Position numbers and translations under genes: made by a program. A DNA stretch of 64,000 bases from Octopus sinensis (taxonomy: Eukaryota), in assembly GCF_006345805.1 (NCBI RefSeq), contig NC_043001.1:41478001-41542000 (forward strand), in the 5' to 3' direction. The stretch's first letter is position 1, and each line of letters starts with the position of its first letter. Below, piece after piece: positions 26,660-39,099 of this stretch. A model generated the notes under the pieces. That model saw only the letters and a list, made by a program, of their open reading frames with translations. It made no database searches and had not been told where the DNA came from.

Positions 26660-27897
26660 AGAAATTTGCTCCAATCACCTCCTTTACATATGGCCAGGAA
26701 GAATGAAGCTGATTTTCGACCGGTTGGAGATTTTAGATGTCTTAACACTCTCACTGTCACGGATTGGTATCCCATACCAAATGTGCAGGAATTTTTGTCT
26801 GCCCTGCATGGCTGTAAGAATTTTTCTAAAATCAACTTGGTATGCATGTACCATCATATTCCTGTCAACCCCGATGACATTCCAAAGGCAGCCGTCACCA
26901 CTCCTTTTGGAGCGTTTGAATTCTTGTCTATGCCGTTTGGTCTTTGCAATGCAGCCAGCACCTTCCAAAGGTTCATTGATGAGGTCGTTCGTGGCTTTTG
27001 AATCTGTCAAAGCTGACCTTGCTCAAGCATCCTTCCTTGCTCATCCTATTGCTGATGCAAAATTGACACTGTCGACGCATCATCATCCGTACTTTTAGAG
27101 CAAATCTGTCAACAGCTGAAGCCAGTCATTGGCCTTCTTTTCTTGCCAGTTGAAAGATGTCAAACTGAGATACAGTGTGTTTGATAATGAACTCTTAGCA
27201 ACTTATCTAACAGTGAAGTATTTCTCTCACCTTCTTGAAGGTAGAGATTTCACGATTTTCATCGACCACAAACTGCTAATGTTTGCTCTCTTTTGCCAAA
27301 ATGGACCAGTACTCACTCAGAGAAACAAAGCATTTGGATAACATATCACAGTTCCTTTGTGACATTCGCCACATTGCTGGCACTGACAACATCCCTGCCA
27401 ATACCTAACCTCGCCTGTCTGTCGGTGCATTGTCGACTCCTGCTTCGATTGATTTGGTTGCTATAGCTACTGACCAACCCTCTTTGGACACTCTGGACGT
27501 CTTTTCACCACAGTTTTCCTGCTGCAAGTTTGAACACCTGTCTCTGCCTTTTTGCTGAAGGAACTATTCTCTGCAATATTTCTACCAGGTCACCCTGACC
27601 CCTCATTCCTAAACATCACTGTTGTGCTGTTTTTGAAGCACTTCATTCACTATCACACATTGCGGCCACAGCAAATCTTATCTCGACCTGCTTTTTCTGG
27701 CCAAATATGCATCAGTCACATGCCTGTCTACCATGTCAGCATTCCAAGGTGCATTGTCATGTGAGAGCACCTCTTGGGCACTTCCAGCCATCAGACACCA
27801 GGTTCCATTACATACACATCGACCTGGTTGGTCCTTGGCCAGTCAGTTAAGGATTTACTTATACATTGACCTACATCGACCGCTTCTCCAGATGGCC
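26660..27897 (+). mobile_element. Ty3/Gypsy pol remnant (RT, RNase H, start of integrase), internally deleted
   Basis: SPPLHM..K....RPVGDFRCLN...YPIP; TTPFGAFEF..MPFGLCNA.STFQRFIDEV; RYSVFDNELLA; HIDLVGP...GFTY.LT.IDRFSRWP. Confidence 0.9.
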
Positions 27898-27899
27898 AA

Positions 27900-28160
27900 A
27901 TAATATATAAGTATAGGCATATATACATACATATATGAACATACCTACATATACATGCATACAGGAGATAAAAATAAAACGTGAACAAAAAGAGAAACGA
28001 GAACATAAAAAAAAACATAGAAAACAAACTTTTTTCGAACAACAAAAGAAACAAATAGAGAAACAAGACAGGCAACATAAAGAACATTCCCTTCATCAGT
28101 TGTCCCCTATTTTATCTGGTCCATGTTTCGAAGGTAGGGACAGATATATATTTTCTACAT
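27900..28160 (-). repeat. pLTR-like dispersed repeat upstream of the GIY-YIG ORF
   Basis: T-rich on minus strand with GGGGACAACTGATGAAGGG; no similarity seen to the ORF's own 3' flank. Confidence 0.35.
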
Positions 28161-28263
28161 TGATTCTGCTCAGTCTAATTGTAAATTCAATAATGTAGAT
28201 AAGATTTCTAGTCGTAAAAGAATTATTGATAACAAACATAACTTACGCACCGATACAAAGCGA

Positions 28264-29055
28264 ATGAAGGCAGATAACCCTTATTTATTCCCCTATTACC
28301 GATCTAAAAGTAAATATAACACCTTCAAAAGTAATTACGCTATGAATACTAGTAAAAATATTTGGTTAATAATTCCTTACGGGAGACAAATTAAATCTAA
28401 TCTCCCACTGCTGTTTCGTCAAGCTATTGCTAGGAATTTTCCAAACAATTCTAGATATTACTCTATAATTAATTCACATAAGGTTAGGATAGGTTTTTCA
28501 AACACAAAAAATCTCTTGCAAATTATATCTTCTCATAATAACAAACTGTTAAATATTAATACATTTACTAATACTAACATTAATTTAGCTAATACCATCC
28601 AACCCTCTAGAAATATTAATAACAAGGTTATTGTATCTGAAGTCAATTCCAATAGAATTAAATTTATGTCAAGTAACTCTAAGATTAAAAATTCTATATA
28701 CCAGTGTATAATCAGTACTCGTAATAAAGTACGATTTTACATTGGAAGCACATCGTTAGAGTTATCTAAAAGAATTTCTATCCATTACTCAACATTTAGG
28801 GATAGAAATAAACGGAATAGTACCAGTCTCAGCAAACTGATTTGGGATTTAAAAGACCACAATGAACAATTTCATTTAGAATGGTTGATCCTCTCAATTT
28901 CGATACCATATGACAAAGGCAAGAAATTCTGTCTTCTCTGCAATTCTGAGCTATTTTTCATTATTTTTTCTAAAAATACTCTAGTAAACACGGTTATAGA
29001 ACGAGCATACAGATGTAAGCATTGGCAGAAACATACTTTTAGTGCATATAAGTAG
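28264..29055 (+). CDS. Uninterrupted PLE-type GIY-YIG endonuclease ORF (263 aa) without an RT core
   Basis: SIYQC...FYIGSTS...KRISIHYSTF...TSLSKLIWDLK...W.I....PY...KFCLLC.SE...LVN...E...CKH; N-terminal part resembles a PLE post-RT linker with an Asn-rich tract. Confidence 0.8.
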   Translation: MKADNPYLFPYYRSKSKYNTFKSNYAMNTSKNIWLIIPYGRQIKSNLPLLFRQAIARNFPNNSRYYSIINSHKVRIGFSNTKNLLQIISSHNNKLLNINTFTNTNINLANTIQPSRNINNKVIVSEVNSNRIKFMSSNSKIKNSIYQCIISTRNKVRFYIGSTSLELSKRISIHYSTFRDRNKRNSTSLSKLIWDLKDHNEQFHLEWLILSISIPYDKGKKFCLLCNSELFFIIFSKNTLVNTVIERAYRCKHWQKHTFSAYK

Positions 29056-29256
29056 TCTCTATCATTATATATAGTTTAAACTTTAATTTCCTTTATATTT
29101 AACATTCACTATTAATATCCCTACTCTTTCTGTTAGCTACTTATGACGTTATATCATATAACGTTTTTTTTAAACAATATTAATAGCGTTCTGTCTATCG
29201 TTATACGAATCCATCATTTTTTGCTAAAATGTTGTATTGACGAGTTTCGTTTTTTC

Positions 29257-29343
29257 ACTTTCCCGAAGAGAAGATTGCATTGTTTATACCTTTTATTCTT
29301 TTGAATAGTATCAGTGGAATTTTCGAAACATTAAGTAGAAAGT
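29257..29343 (+). ncRNA. Type I hammerhead ribozyme motif with U4C core variant, in 3' pLTR of the GIY-YIG element
   Basis: acuuuc-CCGAAGA-gaagauu..aauuuuc-GAAA-cauuaag-UA-gaaagu; stem I 6 bp, stem II 7 bp; predicted cleavage after 29337. Confidence 0.75.
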
Positions 29344-29383
29344 AAAAATACTTGTTTAAACCTGCGTTAACTCCATTTTTTAT

Positions 29384-29414
<31 letters not shown>

Positions 29415-29417
29415 CTG

Positions 29418-29830
29418 TGCAGGCACAACTGTGTGGTAAGATGCTTGCTTCCCAACCACATGGCTCTGGTTTCAGTCCCACTGCGTGGCACCTTGGACAA
29501 GTGCCTTGGGCAGACCAAAGCCTTGTGAGTGGATTTGGTAGTCAAAAACTGAAAAGAAGGCCATCGTATATGTATGTTTGTGTGTGTATATGTGTGAGAA
29601 CATTTATATATATATTTACATAATTCTTGTACGTGTCTTTGTGCCTGTGTTTGTCCCCTCATCCCCCACCATTGCTTGACAGCCGATGTTAGTGTGTTTA
29701 CATCCTTGTAAAAGAGGCCGATAGAATAAGTACCAGGCTCATAAAGAATAAGATCTGGGATTGATTTCTATGACAAAAAAGGTGGTGTTCCAGCATGGAC
29801 GCAGTCAAATGACTGAAACAAGTAAAAGGA
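29418..29830 (+). mobile_element. tRNA-derived CORE-like SINE, family B
   Basis: GTGTGGTAAG (A box), GGTTTCAGTCCC (B box), CCTTGGACAAG, internal (TG)n, 3' CCAGCATGG..GCAGTCAAATGACTGAAACAAGTAAAAG. Confidence 0.85.
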
Positions 29831-29837
29831 TTGATAG

Positions 29838-29868
<31 letters not shown>

Positions 29869-30667
29869 AAATTGGGGGGTGGGGGGCGAAGTCTTTCCAT
29901 TTTTTTTTGTAAATTTTTTGTAAAGACTTCCACTCGTCCCCACCCCCACCCATTTTCTCCCAAGTATGTGTAAAAAAGAGTTTGTATGAGATTTGGCTGC
30001 TATTTCTAGCATGTGAATAGACTGCTCGCTGGCTGCTTATTTAATCGTACGGGTGCGCCCATTTTGATTTCGAAGTATTTAAAAAACTTATTTGGAAATC
30101 AAAGAGAATCGAACGACGCATTTTAAAATCGAAAAAAATCAAAAAAAAAATCTAAAAACCTTTATCACCATGTCGCGCACCCATCAACACACCATTTGGC
30201 AAATTTTTTTCAGAATCATAATCTCTGTGTTTTTTCACATATTTTGAGAGAAAAATATTTTGAAAAAGTAGTCGTAAACTGTGAGAGGAAGGGGACAAGT
30301 AATTTTTTTTCTTTTTAAATTGAAATTTTACAAAAACTTTTGGAAATTTTTTTCACAATCATAATTTTCGTATTTTTCTGCATATCTAGTGGCTGATGGG
30401 GGTTTGTGTAGAAAAAATGAAGAAAAGAAGGTGGGTATTTGGGGGGGGGGACGGGCAGTAGTCTTGCCCAACTTTAACATGAAATAACTTCTAAAATATG
30501 AAATTTTGTCAAAAATGTTCAGAGTAAACCGTGTTCTACATGAGAAATTTTACCAGTACACGAAGTTTCAAACTGTCTAATTTTTAAAAATTAATCAAAA
30601 AATCTGTAATTTAGATGGAATAGATCTCCATGGCCGAATGGTTTGGAAGTTTGATTTTGCAATATAT

Positions 30668-31041
30668 AGGCTCAGGAGTGGATGTATGGTAAGTAGCTTG
30701 CTTACCAACCAGATGGCTCTGGGTTCAGTCCCACTGCATGGCACTTTGGGCAAATGTCTTCTACTATAGCCTCAGGTCGACCAAAGCCTTGTGAGTGGAT
30801 TTGAAACTGAAAGAAGCCTGTCGTATGAGTATGTGTGCGTGTGTGTGTGTCTGTGGTTGTCCCCTCAACATCGCTTAACAACCGATGCTGGTGTGTTTAC
30901 GTCCTCGTAACTTAGCAGTTCGGCATAAGATACTGATAGGGTTACAAAGAATAAGTCCTGGGGTTGATTTGCTTGACTAAAGGTGGTGTTCTAGCATGGC
31001 CGCAGTCAAATGACTGAAACAAGTAAAAGAGTAAAAGAATA
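30668..31041 (+). mobile_element. SINE family B
   Basis: Full-length-like copy ending GTAAAAGAGTAAAAGAATA. Confidence 0.9.
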
Positions 31042-31266
31042 CTGAGGCCTCGCTTTCGATTCTGCTGCATGACATCCTGGGCAAGTGTCATTTTCTGTTG
31101 GCCCAGCCAATACCTTGCAAGTGAAACTGGTAGACTGCATGGATCATAGCCATAACTCAAACGCCAAACTTTATCACATTGCATCACTCGGATTCCTGTT
31201 GAAAAGTATATTAAGGGTAAACATCTCTATGAAATACTCAGTTACTTACACACTGATTCAAGGAGC

Positions 31267-32082
31267 TGATCTTTTCCTTTTGAATGGCAGTTTGTAACAT
31301 AATTTCTAGGTAACTAAAAAGTTTTAAACTTCGTATACTGGTAGAATGTGTTTATAAAACATCATTTTCTCTTGGCTTTATTGAGAAAATTCTATAGGTT
31401 GTTACATATTTCGTCTAAAATTTCTTGCATTTCGGCAATTTTAACCAATCAATTACCTCCATCGACGTAAATAACATTCTGTGCATAATGAATATGTCCC
31501 TTGTTTAAGAAACAGATTGGGTTTATTTACATTTGTGAAGAAAAAAAAGATACCCTTCCTCCACCCCTAACCCTAACTAACCCTAAATCTAAAATAGATT
31601 GAAATGCAATAGATCGATGCTCAGGTTATAATTATGGGTGACAATTTCATACGACACCGCTAAGTTTTTTATAGCGGTGTCGTATGAAATTGTCACCCAT
31701 AATTATAACCCTAGTATCGATCTATTGCATTTCAATCTATTTTAGATTTAGGGTTAGAGTTAGGGTTAGTTAGGGTTGGGGTTAGGGTGGGGGAAAGGTA
31801 TCTTTTTTCTTCACAAATGTAAATAAACCCAATCTGTTTCTTAAACGAGGGACATATTCGTTATGCACAGAATGTTATTTACGTCAATGGAGGTAATTGA
31901 TTGGTTAAAATTGTCAAAATGCAAGAAATTTTAGACGAAATATGTTACAACCTATAGAATTTTCTCAATAAAGCCAAGAGAAAATGATGTTTTATAAACA
32001 CATTCTACCAGTATATGAAGTTTAAAATTTTTTAGTTACCTAGAAATCATGTTACAAACTGCCGTTCAAAAGGAAAAGATCC
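31267..32082. mobile_element. 816-bp fully palindromic non-autonomous DNA transposon with 8-bp TSD and internal telomere-type repeats
   Basis: ~400-bp arms around loop 31663-31671; CAAGGAGC at 31259-31266 and 32083-32090; CCCTAA tract ~31561-31589 and TTAGGG tract ~31744-31790. Confidence 0.9.
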
Positions 32083-32833
32083 CAAGGAGCCAGCAGTTTA
32101 GTTGGTCGAACAGTTTAATATCATGATTTGAAAGTGACCGAGGTCTATTATAAATGCCTGTGTGTATGCGCGCGCGTATGTATGTAGGTGCGTACGTGGT
32201 TGCATGTGTATGAACTGATATAATAGTTATTTTTAATAGGCAACAGCAAGTATTTGTTTACAGTTGTGACAAATAACACGGAATAAAAGAATGTACTCTC
32301 AGATGAAAACGTAAACATAGTTTATTTTTAGTGCTCTTTCGTACCCCAATCTTCAAACGTCTTACTAAAATCCCAAGCTTATGAAATTTGTAATTGAGTG
32401 CGTGACTAAAACGACAAATATTGTTGCCGAATCAATACAGTTTACTGGCCGATATCGATAAACATCTTCATACTTTCATTATAAGTTTTCGGTAAATTAT
32501 GCTTTTATACTGTCATCTTTCAGGTGGACGTCTGTTCGTGATATCTTTAAATTAGTAAAGATCAATGTACAGTTAAAATATTCAATAAGCAATTTTGTAT
32601 TTTAATGAAATGATGACAACTCACGATTTCATTTTATGGCCCTGAGTTTGGTTCTTTAAACCCCGTTTTATTCTTTTAATAGTTTCAACCATTGGCTTGG
32701 ACATGCTGGAGCTCAGCCTTCAACTACTTTGATCGATTATACCCATTCAATACTTATGTCAATCTTGCTACTTATTTTGACATAACATGGGGTCTTTTTA
32801 CGCCGTAAACATAATCCGTCTCATGCACACATA

Positions 32834-32917
32834 TACGAGTGGGCACTGAAAAGTTCGTGGCTTTAAGGGTCTCGCGAAAGGGCTGGTTGGAGGCCCAAAC
32901 TTCCGAGTTCTTTTACA
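32834..32917. mobile_element. Mariner-type terminal fragment
   Basis: TACGAGTGGGCACTGAAAAGTTC matches TIR of MITE 35290-35510. Confidence 0.55.
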
Positions 32918-33449
32918 ACTGAAGGATTTGTGTGGCATAGTTAATTTAACGAGAATAATTGAAGAATCTGAGGGCCAGTCTAAGACAAAGTTAGAGGAGA
33001 ATGTCTGTGTGATAGACTTTAATATATGAATGAATTGAATATGTTGTGGTTAAAGAAATACGTGAACTAACGTTATCTAGGCAACAACAAGGAAGACGAA
33101 ACTATAGAACTATATTTACATGATGACATGGAACTGACATAGACAGAATTAATGAAAAGGAGCTAATAAGTTTATAATCTGCACAAAAATAGAAGAGTAA
33201 ATGACGGGTTGAAAAAAGGCAAGACTTATCTAACCATCTTCTGGGGTTCGTATTTTCAGCCGAGATATTGAAATCGAGGGAGTCAGTGTGCGTGCGCTAG
33301 TCTATATAGGGTGCTGGTGGAGGAAGTAGGAAGTCTTGGCGAGACGATTGGTAATCGAAAGAGAGAGAGACACACACAGACGAGGTGAGGCCGATAGAGA
33401 GAGAGAGACAGACAGACAGACAGAGTGATATAGAGAGAGTGGGGAGGCT

Positions 33450-33620
33450 CCTTTCAGTTTCTGTCTACCACCGAGAAAAACATCAGTAGTGTTCACTACA
33501 TAGTGATGGATGACAGGTGATTGGCTATAAATGAAATAGCCAATGCTATTAGCATATCCTGTGAGGGAGTTGAGAATATTCTGCCCTACAAACTTGGCAT
33601 GATGACGTCTTCTGATGCCA
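33450..33620 (+). mobile_element. Mariner transposase HTH remnant
   Basis: TTEKNISSVHYIVMDDR*LAINEIANAISISCEGVENILPYKLGM. Confidence 0.65.
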
Positions 33621-33759
33621 TGTCTTCTGATACTTAGATTAATCTGAACAAAGACACACACACACAAATGCATACACATATCACACCACACCTTTAAACA
33701 TAGAAAACATTTTGCTACACTTGCTTCTCATCAGATCTTTTGTCATTGTATTCATTTCA

Positions 33760-34320
33760 CCCTTTCCAAAACAGGAAAAGATATTTCTGTACCTGGTGAG
33801 AGATTGGACATATTTCTATGGGATTATGTCTCTTCTGTGAAACTCCTGCATAGCAATTTGAATGGTAACTTTTTGCACAGTTGAGCATTAAATTACACAG
33901 TTATGTTCTTTGGAGTGCATTTTATTTGCATGGATTGTAACTTCCATATCAGTTTCATTGATGTTTTCAAGAACAGTTTTAAAGATCATTACATAGTCAT
34001 TGTGTTGGTGTAACATTTCCTGAATATCAAAGACAATTTTGATTGTTCTTGTTCATCATCTATCAAGTATATTAGCATTCACTTTAAATGTGTTTTGAAG
34101 TGGATGAAGCGAATAAGCACAATGATAGATTTACCCATCCATCCTCTTTTCCCAGTTGAGTGGTTCCAGAATCAATCATTTGGAAGCAAGAGTTACATAT
34201 TCTTATATTAGAAAGGAGGCTACCTGATTCTGCTTAAACAGTTTCAACTATGTCAGTGACCAAAATCCATAATAGAGTACAAAACCTACAGAAATCATTT
34301 AGCACCTTCTGAAACACTGC
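33760..34320 (-). mobile_element. Helitron Rep-helicase N-terminal remnant
   Basis: NIRICNSCFQM (cf. NIRKYNSCFQM), DIQEMLHQHNDYVMIFKT, RRDI, KYLFLFWKG*NEY (cf. QYP.LFW.GEDGY). Confidence 0.65.
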
Positions 34321-35289
34321 ATTGTATTTTCCTTGTTAGACAATGACAATATGTGTGTGGGTAGCAAAAGCAATGACAGTATATATATGTATGTATGTAT
34401 ATAGGTAGGTAGGTAGGTAGGTAGGTACTGGCGTGGCTATGTAGTAAGGAGCCTGCTTCCAAACATCATGGTTTGGGCAGTGGCTTGGGAAAGAAATTTG
34501 CTTAGCAGGTGCAAACTCAGGTCCAAATTTTTTTTACAAACAAGGCCAATTTTTTTCAGTCTTAATATCAAATCAAACACAGGTATAATAATATGTATAT
34601 TTTATATATGTATGTCTATATGCACATATGTACCTATATCTGTATATATTCTATTCTACCTCATTTTATTCTATTCTATTTTTATTTCTTTATGTTATTT
34701 ATATTTTGTTTTGTTTTTTTAATTTCTTTTTATTTTACTACTTATATTTTATCTTATTCTTTAGTTTACTTTATTCTATTATACTGAAATTTATCTGTTA
34801 ACCCTCATGCACATCAAAATCAGTAAGAAAGAGAATATTTATGAGCAACTGATTCAAAACTTGAAGCTCCTCTACTTTGATTAAAAATTCACTTTTAACC
34901 TGCCAACTGAAGTGGTACTGGGGTGTGGAACATGGAGCCAGTAGATGAGAGATTTAGGAGGTGAATGCGAGCCAGTGATGCACATCCACCCTACCAGGTG
35001 GATACTAAGCACACTACTTTATCAAGTATATCAGCAAACATTCTGCATTTGATTTTAATAAAAGTGATTTTGTTTTTATTGGTCTGTGAATGACAAATCT
35101 GGTTTTTGTAACTGACAAAGTGCAATGACACAGAAATGTATGCATCCTATCACCAAATGATGTCATTCAAAGCATTCCAGCCAAATATATTTCCACATAT
35201 CTTGATAGAGAAAATTTTCTCCTGAGACTTTTTCCATAGCTACAGGTTTTGTCATGTCTGAATACACTTGGACATGTTAAATATGATTA

Positions 35290-35509
35290 TATGCAGGGGT
35301 GCAGAAAAGTTCCTGGCTTTGGGTAAAAAAAAATACAAGAGGATTAGTTAATTATGATTATATTCAGCATTTCCTCCTCTCAGATTCACACACTTATTGC
35401 AATAGTCCTTCAGTTTTTCTAAGCCCTATAAAAGAACTTGGAAGATTGGGCCCCCAACCAGAACTTACATGATACCCTTGAAGCTAAGAACTTTTCAGCA
35501 CCCCATCGT

Positions 35510-35510
<1 letters not shown>
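35290..35510. mobile_element. Mariner-type MITE
   Basis: TIRs ...GGGGTGCAGAAAAGTTCCTGGCTT / AAGCTAAGAACTTTTCAGCACCCCATCGTA; TA at the ends. Confidence 0.75.
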
Positions 35511-35542
<32 letters not shown>

Positions 35543-35652
35543 TACGTACGTACGTACATACATACATACATACATACATACATACATACATACATACATA
35601 CATACATACATACATACATGCATACATACATATGTACATATGTATATACATA
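35510..35652. repeat. (CATA)n microsatellite
   Basis: Direct reading. Confidence 0.95.
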
Positions 35653-36547
35653 CATTGTAGCTGTCTCACATTCAGCCTGACTGAGGAAGTGTATATGTTA
35701 CAAAGTATGCCACCTGACCTCAAAATATTGATCATAATTTTATGTAATCACTACATAAAATTTCAAATTAATATTCAATCTTTACATGTTTTTTTAAAGT
35801 TTTTCACAAGTTCATAATCATTTTCATAAATCATTTCTATGATATTCAATATATTATACGAGTACCTTTTGGTGAGTGAGCATGTGTGTGTGTGTGTGTG
35901 TGTGTGTGTCCATATTAAAAATGACTTGTACAAATTTTTTCCACCACCCTTTCCTCATGGGAGAATTTTGGAAGGTGGCTACTTTAAAGCAGCAATGACC
36001 TTTTCTGTCAATGAGCCAAAAACATCAGAAGAAAAGTCTTTACTTCAATAACTTTATGTAATACAACAGTATTTCTCTTTTCATTACACAGTAGAAAGTT
36101 CAAATTTCTTACGTCGTGACTTGTAATATAAATGCCAAGAATAAATGTAAGGATACCTGTTGTTTTGTTTGTCATAATTCTATTCTTTCTACACCTGCCA
36201 TAAAAAAAAACACAAAATAAAACAAAGTTCCCTTTCACCATCCTCTTTTTTCCTTTCCATACTGTCTTCTCCCTTTCACTCCCTCTGTGTCTCCCTCTTT
36301 CTCTCTGTCTCCCCCCTCTCTCACTTCAGAAGATACAGATATTTTCTTATATCACAACAACAGTTTAAGAGTTTAGTAATTCATTTATCGTTAAGACATT
36401 CATACTGAATTAAGTGTATCTTTTAATAAGCTAATTTAGTTGATAATGTATGAAACCCTAGATAATGCAGTAAACTCTAGATATTATGGACTCTGATTTA
36501 ACAGCTTTCGAGTATAATGAACCAATTTTTTTTTGTTAACAAGCAAG

Positions 36548-36554
36548 AGAGAGG

Positions 36555-36620
<66 letters not shown>
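36548..36620. repeat. (GA)n microsatellite
   Basis: Direct reading. Confidence 0.95.
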
Positions 36621-36622
<2 letters not shown>

Positions 36623-37559
36623 TGTTCCATAAAACAATATGGGAAAGAGAAGAAAGCGAAACAGAAACATGGAAAAGCAATAGCAAAGAGAAATATAGAA
36701 AACTGGAAATTCTCCCGAAATGGTTGGCAAAAATGTTATAGAATAACTGATATAAAAAGAAGATGTGTATGAGAGCAACTGATGGAGGAGAGACAGCAAG
36801 AGGAGGACACAAAAAGTATTGGAGAGCTATGGATTGAAAACAATCTTTGTCAATAATGTATCAGTTTCACTTTATCAAACTAGTGCTTTCAATGGTGTGT
36901 TTTTAATCAGGGATGTTGTTTATTATTGAATGATGTTTTTGTATTGTTACTGAATGAATATTTTGTGTTGATGTTCAATTTTGTGTCAAATGTTGAAAAA
37001 TAATCCCATAACAACAACAATATCAAAAATAATTCAACAATTTATTTGATGTAAAAGCAAATTGGCTGCAGTACAGCATAAAAAAAAAACTCTTGTGGAT
37101 TGATGCTCTTGAGGTTTACCCTCAAAATGTAAAGAGGAATTATTGCTTCTTGGTGATGTCCCTGTTTGTCCTAATGCTGGGAAGTTAGTAAATATGGCTG
37201 AATTAAACTACATTTTTGACTTCTAATATATTTTCAGTTATTCAGTCCAATAACTGAGACAAGTAAAAAAAGTAAATACTTACACACACACACACACACA
37301 TGCACACACGCGCGCACGTGCACACACACACACACCAGCTTACCATAATTATCAGATTTGAAAGTGGGACTAATAGGAGTGGAAACTAGAATGAAATGAG
37401 TTGAAACAGGAGACATATTTCATATGAACTTTCAATTTTTGTTTTCACTTTTTCAATGCTTCAATGTTTCCATTATATTTTTCATTTTTTCAACTGGGCT
37501 TTTGAACAATGCAGTACAAATTCACAGGTATTTCAGTCTTCTGTATTTATAATCAGGTT

Positions 37560-38090
37560 TGCATTTTTAGTTTGATATCTGCTGCACTGGTATTGTACTT
37601 CTCCACAAGTAGAATTGATTTGTAGAAAATATAAGGCTAAGATGTACAAACTATAAATACATTTCTCAAAAGTAATTTTTGAATAATTGCCTTATCAAAC
37701 TTGGGCAATGTTTTTGGAAACAAAAGTAGGATTTCATGCCAACAAAAATGAAAAGAATGTGTTTTAACTGCTAGAAGCATTGTCAAATATCTCATATTAC
37801 CATCTCATAATAGCTTTTTGTATTCCACTCTGGCAAAGTCATAAAATTCCTTTAGCTGCCTTATATGAACTGTGTGTAAGTAAAGAGATTTTGGAATTTT
37901 CAATTTCAGATCACCATTTAGTATATTGACAGCTGTTTAGAGACATTTGTTCACAAAGTATGCACCACCGTTAATGTCAGCAAGGTTGCTTTTTAATGAA
38001 GTAAAGATGTTGCTCTTGTCTTTTCCTATTACAGCTGTTTTCACAAAATCCAACTTTTTGCATCAACCCATATATGCCAATAATTGAAAT
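37560..38090 (-). mobile_element. Degenerate hAT-like transposase fragment
   Basis: TAVNIL...HTVHIRQLKEFYDFARVEYKKLL*DGNMRYLTML (cf. RVE.LKEFCDF..VEYK.LL.HG.TRFLSL). Confidence 0.55.
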
Positions 38091-38119
38091 AAAGGCTTCA
38101 ATCAAGATTTCAGTCATCT

Positions 38120-38490
38120 CAAGTGAGACACTTTGGACAAATGTCTTCTACTATAGCTTCAATTTAACCAATGCCTTGTGAGTGAAATTTGGTAAATGGA
38201 ACCTGTACAGAATCCATCAAATATGTCTGTGTGTTTGTATGTGTATGTTTATAAATATATGTTTGTATTCATAAATATATGTATGTCTGTGGTTTTGTCT
38301 GACTCTGGGTACATTTGTTTGATTGTCTCATAACTAAGCAACAAAACAAAAATAATTTGATAAAATAAGTACCAGACTTTAAAAAATAAATACTACAATA
38401 TTAAAATGATTAAAATTTCAAAGCTGATTGATTCCCCAGCATGGTAGCTGTGAAATGACTGGAATCAGTAAAAGAGTAAAAGAATAAAAG
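38120..38490 (+). mobile_element. Old SINE family B copy
   Basis: CTTTGGACAAATGTCTTCTACTATAGC...CCAGCATGG...AAATGACTGGAATCAGTAAAAGAG. Confidence 0.65.
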
Positions 38491-38782
38491 AGTAGAATCT
38501 AAAATTTTATTTGTACTCCCTGACTAAGGATGTTGTAACATATAAATTTCAACATCTCTTCTCTGTGAAGAGTCTAAAGATATTATCATAAAGTTTGCAC
38601 CTGTCTGATATTTAGCGAGCTAAAAAGTTAGCTTTTGGTGCAATTATATTCAAAATAATGGCTTCCCTTTTTGTCCATGTTAGGTGAAATTTGACTAAAA
38701 GAGTTTTGAGACCAACTTTAACAAACAGTTCACTATCAAATGGTAGTGATAGTGGATGGGATCTCTATATGCATATATGTGC

Positions 38783-38849
<67 letters not shown>

Positions 38850-38940
38850 ATATATACATATATATATGTGTATGTATGTATATATGTATGTATATATATA
38901 TATGTATATATATATATACATATATATATGCATATACATA
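38783..38940. repeat. (TA)n-rich microsatellite
   Basis: Direct reading. Confidence 0.95.
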
Positions 38941-39099
38941 AAAATTAGAAAAAAACACCTTTTATCAATTCAAAATGAACAATTAAATTACACCATCTAG
39001 AAAATTACATATAATAGAAATATTAAAATAAAATAACAATACTATACCGATGATTAAGTAAATTGCAAAATAATAATAAAAACGTATATATTTGGTAGA

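Noticed and set aside
28085-28145. Minus-strand GAAA...CTGATGA hammerhead candidate
   Set aside because: No consistent type I, II or III fold; no NUH site with a pairable stem I.
31561-31790. Telomere fusion scar
   Set aside because: Wrong orientation, few degenerate repeats, and enclosed in a TSD-flanked palindromic transposon.
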